From NCBI GenBank assembly GCA_964406295.1, contig CAYORB010000002.1, positions 658-64,218 of the forward strand: DNA of 63,561 nucleotides, given 5' to 3'. Position 1 is the first letter of the stretch; the number at the start of each line of letters is the position of its first letter. This DNA is from an uncultured Candidatus Peribacteria bacterium (GTDB taxonomy: Bacteria; Patescibacteriota; Gracilibacteria; UBA1369; LOWO2-01-FULL-3). Below, in pieces: positions 1-10,300 of the stretch. A program made the position numbers and the translations under genes. The notes below the pieces were generated by a model. The model was given only the letters and a program-made list of their open reading frames with translations, searched no databases and was not told where the DNA came from.

Positions 1-2
1 AT

Positions 3-3000
3 GCTGAGGTAGAGGAAACCATTTCAATACAAAAAGGAACTGTAGTTGAAGAACAATTTCCAGCATCAACTATGGAAACCCTTGCAGCAGGAGCTGTTAT
101 TGACAAGAAGTTAATGGATGAATTAACTGCATTGAGAAATAGAGCTATCCCAATCGATAGGCAATTGGATCAACTTCATGAGGAAGGAAACAAAGATCCT
201 AAACGTGTTAGAGAACTGAAGCGTGAACAGTCAAGACTTAATAAACAAATAGCAAAATTAGAACGGAAAAGACAGCAACTTATAGACAAGATGGATGCTC
301 CTCAAGAGGCACGTTTAGCACATGATATAAGAATGGTAAAACGCTATGAAGCTTGCCAATATATGTCAGAGAAATTAGGTTTCGATGTTTCTAAACCTGA
401 TACAAAAATCACCTGTACTCTTGAAAATGGGCAGCAAGTTGAGAGAGAAATTATCGCTATAGTTTTTCATTCAAGTGGGAAAAATGTACCAGCCGATGCT
501 CCACTCACACCACATATAGTTTATGAAGAGGATGGTAAAAGAATGGGGCCACCTCATCGTACATATTTAGACTTTATAAGAGATATAATTAGGGATAATG
601 GACATGTGGAACTAACAAATCTAGATCAAGTAAACGAAGTTGCAACACACGAAACGGCTGGTGAAGGCATCAAGGCTCATCAACAATTCACGTCAAATGT
701 AAATGGCAGTACTTTTACAATTACAAATATAAGTAAGGACGGGCAAATAACCCTGGATCATTCTGTTGTGACTAAACATGCAAATGATCTAAGACTAAAT
801 ACTACACCTGATGAAAAATGGCATGATACTAAGCAGCAAACATTGAGTTTTGGACAATTTGCTCAGTTATTGCGTAGTAAATCGTATAGAAGATCTGATA
901 TTGGCACAGATGATCTGCCAGAAGCAGCAAGAAGAATTCATGAAGCTTTGAGAGGACGTTGTGAGAAGCTCAATAAGGCCTTATTACCACAAGGACAAAA
1001 GAATCATATCCAAGATGGGGGATTGCCGCCTGAAAATGGCTTTGTTCCACCAATGACAGGTGAAACAGCTTCAGTGTATCTAATTCATGGCGATCAAGTT
1101 TTCCAGGAGCAATGGACACCAAGTTTAGATGAAAACGGTCAAACTGTTTATAATAGAAAAAGAGTAAGATTGTATCCATACAGTCCACGGGCTTTGCTTG
1201 GGGCTGGTGTACCGACACGCTTTGCATCAAAGAAAAATCCTATAATGGACGCTAGAGAGATAGACCTAGATTCTCCTACAGGTAAATACGCTCCTTTGGC
1301 AGCCATTACAGCGAATAGAATGCTGGATATGGTTAGAGATGGGAATGTGATGAACGTGCCTCCATCTTTGCTTAAACAACACCCAAACGCTGGTAACCCC
1401 TCAACAGTTACGGTTCCTGGTGGTCCCGCAGGACATTTCAAATTAGATCCTAATGCAAATAAAGGTCGTGCCTTAGCCGTATCAGAAGAAAAATTTGATG
1501 TTGATGCCGGTGGGGACATGGCAGGCGCAGGAGCTATGGGGGGAGACATGGCAGGAGGTGAAGAAGAGGATGTGCCAAATACACTTGGTAGTAATGTCAC
1601 AGATGAAATGAAGCATCTTTCAGTAGTACCATATAACCAAGCCCGTAAAATAGGAGGTATGACTTTTGAGCAAGAGAGTTATTTAAAAACACTTTGGGCT
1701 GATACTAGAGTTTTCTCAGTCATGGATTTTTGGGAAATGGGGAAAAGTATGTGGGAATATTATGACAGACGATTTGATAGGAAGCAGAAGGAGAAATATT
1801 CAAGTGTAGGTAAACATTTACCGTTTTTCTCACCTGAAATGCAGCGTATTAATCAGTCTGCTGAAAATGAAGAAGTGAATCAATTTAAAGAAACTTTTGA
1901 AGAATTCGGTGCTTTGCAGATTCAAGAAAGATTAAGAATATCATCGAATCAAGATGAAGTGAAAGCGGCTTTCCAGGTGCTTAGTGATAAAGGGCATTTG
2001 CGTTGGGATGATGTCCAAATGTGGAAAAATTTCAATCAATTTGTAAGCGCATCTAACAAAATTCCTATTCCAGTTGATGGAGATCCTTATCGTATAGTTT
2101 CAGATGATCCAAATAGTCAACATTACAATAGAAATGGGTTTGATTACCTCAAAACAGCCCTAGATTCTGTTTGGGGAGAAGGTAGTTATGATGGCTGGAA
2201 AAACTCTAACCAATCAAATTACGCTAGTAAAGCGAGTTCTTATGAAGAGGAAGGTAAGGAGCTTGGAAATGTGGCAGGTTCACATACAACCAGGCTTGGT
2301 GAGTTGCTTCGTAAGCATAAAGCCGGTGAGTTTGTAGATCCACATCGTTATGAAGGACTTATTTTACATGCCATTAGAGATGGTAAAGCTACAATGCAGG
2401 CCAAATTATTTTATATTATCGAAGGTGTTGCTGCTGTAAATTCTCAGGGTAGAACCTTGATGTCATTTGACAGAGTTGCGCATATAGAAGGGAATTATAT
2501 TGCTGCTTTCCCTATTCTTGAACATTTCACATCAGGTGCACCAGATAGAGCGACTGGAGAAAGTGTTCCGTATACTCTGCAGGATTTCAAGAAATGGGTG
2601 CATATTTTTGATGATGGTGAACCAGGTAGATATCAGCCTGGGCGAATGGTTAATAAATTCCTTTGGGATCAAGTAATTACTTCTGAAACCACTAAGACTC
2701 GTATTAATAAAGCCTTGCGTAATGCTGAAGGTATCGATCACGATGATTATTATGCCTATCTTCCACCTGCAACTGAACAACAGATTACAGATGCCACCAA
2801 AGGTCAATCAGGCGGAGGTAAAAAATTCTTGACAGTAGAGGGATATAAAAACTGTTTTCCTGGATTTAGTCAGCTTATGCGTACATTTACAGAAAAAGGT
2901 GAATCAAAAAAACTAGCCCAAGCTATAGTTTCATACGTAAGATTTGAGTCCATAATGGCTGATAGATTTGAAAAAGGAAATGATACTTATCAAAGATTGG

Positions 3001-3380
3001 ATGATGAAATGGATAGAAATTGTGTAATGGCACCACATCCACCTAGTCATTTCCAAGGTGAGCTAAACGCTTTGGTGGACGGAATAGTTCATGCCTATGC
3101 AAATGAACCGGGAGGTGCTGAGTTAGTACAGGTAGCAGAAACAATGAGAAGAGATGTGGATATTAGAATTTTAAACACACCAGACGGAAAAAGGCAGCAA
3201 GATGAGGTGAATGCTGCCCTTAAGAGATTTAATTCAGTCTTTACAAACGCCGTAAATCAAGATGGTGGTTCTAAATTAATGGCACTTGTTGGTGGCGCAG
3301 ATAGAAGAGGCCAAATGACAGGAATGGACTACAATAGCGCGATAGAAATAGCCAAAGGCAAAGCCAAGTCAGATGACTAG
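3..3380 (+). CDS. large orphan protein (>=1102 aa), probably 5'-truncated by the window edge
   Basis: ORF track 72..3380. The same frame has no stop from nt 3 to 71 (AEVEETISIQKGTVVEEQFPAST then M), so the true start may lie upstream of the window. It has a charged heptad-like stretch (RELKREQSRLNKQIAKLERKRQQLIDKM), a Gly/Met/Asp linker (GGDMAGAGAMGGDMAGGEEED) and a W/Y-rich C-terminal ~600 aa. No signal peptide or TM segment. No family recognised. Confidence 0.6.
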   Translation, partial: AEVEETISIQKGTVVEEQFPASTMETLAAGAVIDKKLMDELTALRNRAIPIDRQLDQLHEEGNKDPKRVRELKREQSRLNKQIAKLERKRQQLIDKMDAPQEARLAHDIRMVKRYEACQYMSEKLGFDVSKPDTKITCTLENGQQVEREIIAIVFHSSGKNVPADAPLTPHIVYEEDGKRMGPPHRTYLDFIRDIIRDNGHVELTNLDQVNEVATHETAGEGIKAHQQFTSNVNGSTFTITNISKDGQITLDHSVVTKHANDLRLNTTPDEKWHDTKQQTLSFGQFAQLLRSKSYRRSDIGTDDLPEAARRIHEALRGRCEKLNKALLPQGQKNHIQDGGLPPENGFVPPMTGETASVYLIHGDQVFQEQWTPSLDENGQTVYNRKRVRLYPYSPRALLGAGVPTRFASKKNPIMDAREIDLDSPTGKYAPLAAITANRMLDMVRDGNVMNVPPSLLKQHPNAGNPSTVTVPGGPAGHFKLDPNANKGRALAVSEEKFDVDAGGDMAGAGAMGGDMAGGEEEDVPNTLGSNVTDEMKHLSVVPYNQARKIGGMTFEQESYLKTLWADTRVFSVMDFWEMGKSMWEYYDRRFDRKQKEKYSSVGKHLPFFSPEMQRINQSAENEEVNQFKETFEEFGALQIQERLRISSNQDEVKAAFQVLSDKGHLRWDDVQMWKNFNQFVSASNKIPIPVDGDPYRIVSDDPNSQHYNRNGFDYLKTALDSVWGEGSYDGWKNSNQSNYASKASSYEEEGKELGNVAGSHTTRLGELLRKHKAGEFVDPHRYEGLILHAIRDGKATMQAKLFYIIEGVAAVNSQGRTLMSFDRVAHIEGNYIAAFPILEHFTSGAPDRATGESVPYTLQDFKKWVHIFDDGEPGRYQPGRMVNKFLWDQVITSETTKTRINKALRNAEGIDHDDYYAYLPPATEQQITDATKGQSGGGKKFLTVEGYKNCFPGFSQLMRTFTEKGESKKLAQAIVSYVRFESIMADRFEKGNDTYQRLDDEMDRNCVMAPHPPSHFQGELNALVDGIVHAYANEPGGAELVQVAETMRRDVDIRILNTPDGKRQQDEVNAALKRFNSVFTNAVNQDGGSKLMALVGGADRRGQMTGMDYNSAIEIAKGKAKSDD

Positions 3381-5149
3381 AACGGGCTTCCTTCCTGACA
3401 TTTTTCTATCAATTCCTCTATTCCCATATTCACTTGGTTTTTTGTCGCATAATCACGCACAGCCAGATCGCCAGCTTTAACTTCTTTTTCACCAAGTACT
3501 ATCATATAAGGAGTTTTCTTTAACTCTGCATTACGGATTTTTTTACCAAGTTTTTCATTAGAATCATCCATTTCTACTCTGATTCCAGCCTCTTTTAATT
3601 TTGCATAAACATCATTCGCATAATCCAAGAATTTTTCAGAAACCGGCAAAACTCTAGCTTGCACAGGCGCTAACCACGCTGGAAAAGCTCCCGCATAATG
3701 TTCGATTAAGAAACCAATCAAACGTTCATGTGTGCTCAAAGGCGCTCTATGAATACAAATAGGTGTCTTTTCAGACCCATCCTTATCTGTATATGTCAGG
3801 TCGAAGCGTTTTGGCACTGCAAAATCCAGCTGATTTGTAGCAAGAGTAAATTCACGTCCAATAGCAGACCATATCTGTACATCAATTTTCGGTCCGTAAA
3901 AAGCCGCTTCATCATCCACTTCCACAAAGGGCACATTAGAATTCACCAAAGCAGAACGCACCTGATCCTCAGTCTTAATCCACAATTTTTCATTATCAAC
4001 ATATTTCTTACCCAAACCTTCTTTACCATGCTTGGATAATCTCATTTGATATTTTTCTATACCAAACAGATCAAAATAATATTGATAAAGCTCTATTACT
4101 TTTGTGAATTCCTCCTCAAATTGCTCTTCTGTGCAGTAAATATGCGCATCATTCATACACAAAGAACGCACTCTCATCAAACCAAATAAACTTCCCGAAT
4201 CCTCAAAACGGTAACAGTGACCGTATTCAGCAAACCTTTGCGGAAGATCCCTATAACTTTTCTTAATAGCAGAATAAATTTTATGATGATGAGGACAATT
4301 CATCGCCTTCAAGTAGTACTTTGTACTATCCATTTCCATCGCCGGATACATACTGTCTTCATAATAAGGCAGATGACCAGATTTAATATACAATTCTTCT
4401 TTGGCAATATGAGGACTACGCACAATCTCATACCCCTGTTCTTTTTCTTTCATTTTTGCCAATTTTTCTAAAAGTTCCACAATCACAGCACCTTTTGGTA
4501 ACCATAAAGGCAGCCCAGCTCCAACTTCTTCATCAAAAGTAAAAAGTTCCAGATCTTTACCTAACTTCCTATGATCACGTTTTTTAGCTTCCGCAAGCAT
4601 TTTTAGATAAGCATCCAGTTCTTCTTTTGTATTCCAACAAGTTCCATAAATTCTCTGTAACATAGGATTTTCCTCACTTCCTCTCCAATAAGCCCCAGCA
4701 ATACTCATCAATTTAATATTGGATATTTTACCAGTATTTTCCACATGCGGCCCTTCACAAAGATCCACAAACATCGCTTTATTATCCTGTGGACGAATAT
4801 TCTCATAAAAACTAATCACCTCACCTTGTTCCACAAACTCTTTGACTAACTCAGCCTTATAAACTTGACCAGTCTGTTCTAGAAATTTCACAGCCTCTTT
4901 TCCATCCTCTTCTCTCCTGACAAATTTCTGATTTTGTTTAATGATATGCTTCATTTTCTTTTCCAAAAGCGGCAAATCCTCAGGAATCAAAGTCCTGGGT
5001 AATTCAAAATCATAATAGTATCCATCATCAATTACGGGACCAATTCCCAATTTCGCTTCAGGGAACATATCCAAAACGGCCTGGGCTAACACATGCGCAC
5101 AAGAGTGACGCATTGCATGCAAATCTAAATTTTCTTTATTTTCAGACAT
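3377..5149 (-). CDS. thrS: threonyl-tRNA synthetase, short form lacking the N-terminal TGS domain
   Basis: 590 aa. It begins directly at the editing/SAD-domain HxxxH motif (MRHSCAHVLAQAV). Class II aaRS core and anticodon-binding region are recognisable (YWRGSEENPMLQRIYG, FRDLPQRFAEYGHCYRFE, HRAPLSTHERLIGFLIEHYAGAFPAWLAP). Confidence 0.95.
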   Translation of the reverse strand: MSENKENLDLHAMRHSCAHVLAQAVLDMFPEAKLGIGPVIDDGYYYDFELPRTLIPEDLPLLEKKMKHIIKQNQKFVRREEDGKEAVKFLEQTGQVYKAELVKEFVEQGEVISFYENIRPQDNKAMFVDLCEGPHVENTGKISNIKLMSIAGAYWRGSEENPMLQRIYGTCWNTKEELDAYLKMLAEAKKRDHRKLGKDLELFTFDEEVGAGLPLWLPKGAVIVELLEKLAKMKEKEQGYEIVRSPHIAKEELYIKSGHLPYYEDSMYPAMEMDSTKYYLKAMNCPHHHKIYSAIKKSYRDLPQRFAEYGHCYRFEDSGSLFGLMRVRSLCMNDAHIYCTEEQFEEEFTKVIELYQYYFDLFGIEKYQMRLSKHGKEGLGKKYVDNEKLWIKTEDQVRSALVNSNVPFVEVDDEAAFYGPKIDVQIWSAIGREFTLATNQLDFAVPKRFDLTYTDKDGSEKTPICIHRAPLSTHERLIGFLIEHYAGAFPAWLAPVQARVLPVSEKFLDYANDVYAKLKEAGIRVEMDDSNEKLGKKIRNAELKKTPYMIVLGEKEVKAGDLAVRDYATKNQVNMGIEELIEKCQEGSPF

Positions 5150-5262
5150 TCTAAAATAGGTTAAACAAATATAAAAACATCAGCTAGAATCGATCTAACT
5201 GCACATGTCCGTGCCCGTGACTACCAAAAGATGTTTAAACTTCATAATAACCCGATTTTAAA

Positions 5263-6345
5263 GTGAAACTTCTGAAACTTCAACTGGAAAATTTTCGTAA
5301 CTACAGCGAACATGTATATGAATTCGACCCTGAAAAGAATTTAACTATACTGGTAGGGAAAAATGGTAAAGGAAAAACAAATTTCCTTGAAGCCGTATAT
5401 CTGCTTTCTCTAGGTAAATCCTTCCGTTCTACTATACATGATGATCTGGTCAAATGGGAGAATCCTTATCTACGCTGCAAAGCCTATGCAAAAAGTGAAA
5501 ATGAAGACATGGAACTTGAAGTTTTTTATTCCCAATCACCGACACGACGTAAAAATTTCAAGAAAAATGAAGTAAATCTAAAACACAGTGATTATTTCGG
5601 TAATTTGCCTACGGTATTATTTCATCCTGAGGATCTAAATATGCTTTATCTTAGCCCCTCTTTGCGTAGACAGTATATGGATGTGCTGCTTTCTCAAAGC
5701 AATAGGGAGTACCTTCAAGCTCTAAGTAAATACAAGAAAACCCTGAAACAACGCAACGCCTTGCTCAATCAGATCAGAGAAGCACGTTTCCAAGGACAAG
5801 ATACAAAAGTACTTCTCGCTGATCTAGACGTATGGGACGAAGAAATAGCTCTTTACGGCCAAATAATAGTCGCTCACAGATCAACTTTTATAGAATTTCT
5901 CCAAACAGAGCTTACTAGGATCTATAGAGACATATCCGGCAATAAAGAAGAAATCCAATGCGTTTACCAAAGCAAAGTTTTAAATAATTACATAGAAAGT
6001 CTCAATGAACGTCGTGATGTGGATCTTATGCAAGCCAAGACAACTAGAGGACCTCATAGAGATGATATTGTTTTTAGCATAGATGCTAAGGAAATATGCA
6101 GTTCAGCCTCCAGAGGCGAGTTCCGTACCTTGCTTTTGGCAATAAAACTAGCCGAAATAGCTTATATACGCAAACATAGAGGCCTTAATCCAATATTGCT
6201 ACTAGACGATGTTTTTTCAGAGCTAGACCCAGATAGACAAACTCATCTCCTAGAAGCAATCAAAGACTGCCAAACCATCATCACCACCACAGAATTACCT
6301 GAAATATGCGAAAAAGAAGGGGAGTGGGATATTGTTAAATATTAA
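5263..6345 (+). CDS. recF: DNA replication and repair protein RecF
   Basis: GTG start. N-terminus LKLQLENFRNYSEHVYEF...LVGKNGKGKTNFLEAVYLLSLGKSFRS (Walker A), SMC-like signature SRGEFRTLLLAIKLAE and Walker B LLLDDVFSELD. Confidence 0.9.
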   Translation: MKLLKLQLENFRNYSEHVYEFDPEKNLTILVGKNGKGKTNFLEAVYLLSLGKSFRSTIHDDLVKWENPYLRCKAYAKSENEDMELEVFYSQSPTRRKNFKKNEVNLKHSDYFGNLPTVLFHPEDLNMLYLSPSLRRQYMDVLLSQSNREYLQALSKYKKTLKQRNALLNQIREARFQGQDTKVLLADLDVWDEEIALYGQIIVAHRSTFIEFLQTELTRIYRDISGNKEEIQCVYQSKVLNNYIESLNERRDVDLMQAKTTRGPHRDDIVFSIDAKEICSSASRGEFRTLLLAIKLAEIAYIRKHRGLNPILLLDDVFSELDPDRQTHLLEAIKDCQTIITTTELPEICEKEGEWDIVKY

Positions 6346-6431
6346 AGATTAAGAGATTTTTAAATCAGAGATTACCCCCTTGTTAAAGGAGAGATTTTGT
6401 GTTATAGTACTATAATCAAAAATAAAAACAA

Positions 6432-7322
6432 ATGGATCAAATCATACAAATAACAGTATCTCTTCTACTTGCCTGCGTGCCAGTGCTTATGTGGGGGTAT
6501 ATTTTCTTCCGAAAAAGTCCGGAAAACAGGAGGTTAACATTTCTGACTTTTGCAATCGGTGCTTTATCTGTATTTCCTATATTGATTTATAAATCTTTAT
6601 GGGCTTTCTTCCCTTGGATGAACGCCTTCGCTTTTGCTGATGGTTATAGCAGTGATCTTATAGGTTTCTCTAGCGCTTTGGTGTTGCCTTTGAGCGTTAT
6701 CATCACATTTATGATAGTTGGACTTATTGAGGAAGTGATGAAAATGCTTTCAGTTAGAGTTGTTGATGATAAACGCATTATGGACATAGACGATGCAATT
6801 GAATTTTTCATATTGGCAGCCCTTGGTTTTTCATTCACAGAAAACGCATTATATTTTTATAATATTTGGATTAGCCACGGAGCATCAAACCTGGTATTTC
6901 CTTTCCTATTCCGTTCCTCATTTTCAACCTTTGCACATCTGTTGTTTTCAGGTGTTCTTGGTTATTACTATGGAGTTGCATATTTTGCAAAACCTATCTT
7001 ACAGGAAGAAATTCGCAAAAACCGCAAACATTGGACAATTTACTTACATAAAATTTTCAATTTGAAAAAGGTGAGATTATTTCATGAAGAAAAATTACTT
7101 GAAGGATTGATAATTTCTATAGGACTTCACGCGATGTTTAATATCTTCCTTGAAATGGGACTTACATTTATGATCGTACCTTTCTTGGTAGGAGGTTATT
7201 TAACTCTGAATTATCTTTTCTCAAAGAAGGAAAATCACAAAAATTACGGAAAATTACTTAAAAATGAACGAAATCATATAATTTTAATTCCTCAAACAAT
7301 AAACAATACAAATGAAAAATAA
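6432..7322 (+). CDS. PrsW-family intramembrane protease-like membrane protein
   Basis: Polytopic membrane protein, 296 aa. Motifs match the PrsW/CAAX-like pattern: GLIEEVMK, FTENALYF, FAHLLFSGVLGYYYG, GLHAMFNIF. Confidence 0.6.
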   Translation: MDQIIQITVSLLLACVPVLMWGYIFFRKSPENRRLTFLTFAIGALSVFPILIYKSLWAFFPWMNAFAFADGYSSDLIGFSSALVLPLSVIITFMIVGLIEEVMKMLSVRVVDDKRIMDIDDAIEFFILAALGFSFTENALYFYNIWISHGASNLVFPFLFRSSFSTFAHLLFSGVLGYYYGVAYFAKPILQEEIRKNRKHWTIYLHKIFNLKKVRLFHEEKLLEGLIISIGLHAMFNIFLEMGLTFMIVPFLVGGYLTLNYLFSKKENHKNYGKLLKNERNHIILIPQTINNTNEK

Positions 7323-10300
7323 TACCATGAAAGAAAACAAATTAATATTCTTTAGAAATCCAAGACCAATGGCAGCTATGGATGAATCAGGACTTCCAAG
7401 AAGGTTAAATGAGTCTGAATCAGACCCTAAAAAAGAAAGAAGAGATGCTCAGCGATTAGCAAAAAGAAGAAAGGCATTGTTAAAACCTAAGGAAGGAAAA
7501 TCTCCTGCAGAGAAAAAGGAAATTAAAAAACTTGAAGGGAAGCTTGGTATTAGTAGACCTAAGCCAGAGCGCACTAGAAAAGGGCAAGAAAAACTAAGGA
7601 AGAGATTTGCTCAAATACAACGTGATTTAATAAACATAGAGGCAAGTCCACATGTGACAAAAAAGATAAAAGGAGTGCTAAAAGATGTTGTTCAAGGAAT
7701 TGAACCCAAAGAAGGATATGGGATACTAGGATATAGAGTTGCTAGGGCTGAAAAAATGCTTGGAAAAATATTAGAGCAAGTTGCACGTAGAGAAAAAGAA
7801 GAAGAAAAACAAACAATTCCTGCAGCAGAAAGCCTTGCTTATTTGCTTGATGATAAGTTAGATGAAAAAGGAAAAGCCAAACATGAAGCTGACATGGATG
7901 CATTTTTTAATACCCCTGACAATAAACAAACAGCATCACAAATAGCCAAAGAAAAAGCGGAAACAAGAGAATTTTATAAAGACTTAGGCATAACTCCAAA
8001 AGCTACAGGTGAAAGTATTGCAGAAAATAAAGATGGAAAAAGCAGAGGTGTTGAAAAAATCTATAAAGAAGAAAGCCCAGCACAACAATTAAAATCTATG
8101 ATTGGAACTTTCGAGCAGTCTTTAGTTAAATTTGATAAGAGACTTGCTGAATTAAATAGTGCAGCTAAAAAAATAAGAGACAGCATCAAAGGTTCTACAG
8201 TAAAAAGTCCTGAACTCAATGCAGTAGAAGCTGAAATTGTATCTATTACAAAAGAAATTGCTGAGACAAGGGGAAAATTTGATTTTTTATCAAAAAAGTT
8301 AAAAACATCAATTACAGAAGATTTTGCAATGACTGAATCTGAAACATTAACAGGAGTTATGGTTGCTTTAACTGATTCATTGGCTGAAGCTGAACACAAT
8401 ATATATGCGGCAAGTAGTGCAACAAATGAAGCTATTGAAAAATACAACGCAGGACAAGGTGCAGCTTTATTAAAAAGACAGGAGGAAGAGGAGGTTGAAG
8501 AAGAACCAAAGCCAGAAGTAGCTGAATTTAAAGAGGAAGAAAAGGAGGAGCCAGAACCAGCAGAATTACCTGATGAACTTAAAGTTCTTATTGGTAAAAA
8601 AGGTGAATTTGTTATGCCTGATGCAGAGTGGGGAAAAGAGGGAACAGAAGCTATTGTTACAGCTCAAAAAGCTGTAAGTGAAACACCAAAGCCAGTCCCA
8701 ATTAATGTAGAAGAAGAATTCAGAACAGGTTTAGATCGTGTTTCAAGAGAAGGAAGACGTATAAGACATACTTTAAATAATGTAGAATTATTGTATGAAA
8801 TAGTAAATGCAGACACTGAAGATAAAAAAGAAAATATGCTATTCGGATTAGTCAAAAAGAAAATCATAACTCTGCCAAAAGATATTAAGATAAATTCAGA
8901 AAATTTTGATAAAATTTATGAAAATGCAATCACAGACTTATTAAGCCAAGTTGATGTGAATTCAACTGATGAGCATAAAGATGAAGGTGTAAACGAACAA
9001 GCTAAAAATGTATTATACGAACTTATTACTCATGCTGAGGAAGAAGTTGGATTAGAGAAAAGTGAAAAAGCAAATTCAGGTGATGTGAAATTGAGAATAT
9101 CAAGATTGAAGGAAGCGACATATTTAAGATCAAAAACACTTTTCAAAAATGAATCTGATTATGAGACAGCTCTTGCAAGTTTTGAACAGAAACGAGAGTT
9201 AGGAGTCAGTTTAAAAGTTGAAACTGGTAATTTAGATTTTAGAGAAAAAATAGCTGAGGAAATAGGTCTACCACTTGAAGAATTAAGTGAAAAGGCGATA
9301 ATCAGAAATGGCTTTACAAGATGGAGAGATTTTTCATTAAAATTTATGATACCTACATTTGGTGAAGATTTGCTTAAAGAACAAGAGGATAAAAAAGGTG
9401 CATTGTCTTATTTAGCAACGTTTCAAAACACTCTTGATGTAATTGATAAATCAAAATTGAGTGATAAAATAAAAGAATCTACAAAGGACAATCTAATAGC
9501 AGCAGCAAAAGGTGATTTTACTAGGCCAGATTTATCTTTGGATGGAAGTTACATGATAGCAATTATTAAATTTATGGAAGCTACTATAAAAAATGGTAGA
9601 GAAATTAGTCTATTAAGAAAAAATGGAGTTATTAATGAAAAACAATTTTTAGCTCTTAGCAAGGCAGCGGCAGAAGGTAAATTGGAGGTTGCATATGATA
9701 TTGCTGAGTATAAAAAAGTACATGCAGTAGCACTGCAATTAGCTAAGGCATCGAATAAAAAACCTGAAGATTTTTATAAAGACAATTCATACAGTCTATT
9801 TAGTCAACTAAATAAACTGCGAAGCAGTCAGGTGCAAGAAAAGTTTAAAGTAGAAACCTTGGCAAGGATAAAGGGAGGTTTGGAAGATTTACTAGAAGAT
9901 GGATATTTAAGTAAAGAAAAATATGAGAAACATATTAAGAATGCCAATACAGACGATATTAGTAAATTAGAAGGGATCTTAAAAGCACATATGGAAGCTG
10001 CTAACAAGTATTTAAGCGAACCAAATATACTTGTTGATGCTGTATTTATGGGAATTGAGAATGTTACTACTATGACATTGCCTGAATATTATGCTGCAAA
10101 AAAAACATGGGAGGTGAAAAATAAGAAAAAGGCTGTAATGGCAGAAGTAGCTGATTATAAGAGAACCCCGCATGAGAATGTGAAAAAAGAACTACCAGAT
10201 GTTTCTAATCCAATTCAAAAAATAGGTAAAAGTGAATCTCTACCAATCGATGGGTATAAAACACAAGGAGGACTAGGTTATGCAAGAAAAGGGATAGAAA

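Noticed and set aside
5150-5262. T-box or operator-type leader for thrS
   Set aside because: The spacer is only 113 nt, shared with the divergent recF promoter, and too short for a T-box. The small hairpin loop (GGACAU on the mRNA strand) does not resemble a tRNA-Thr anticodon loop.
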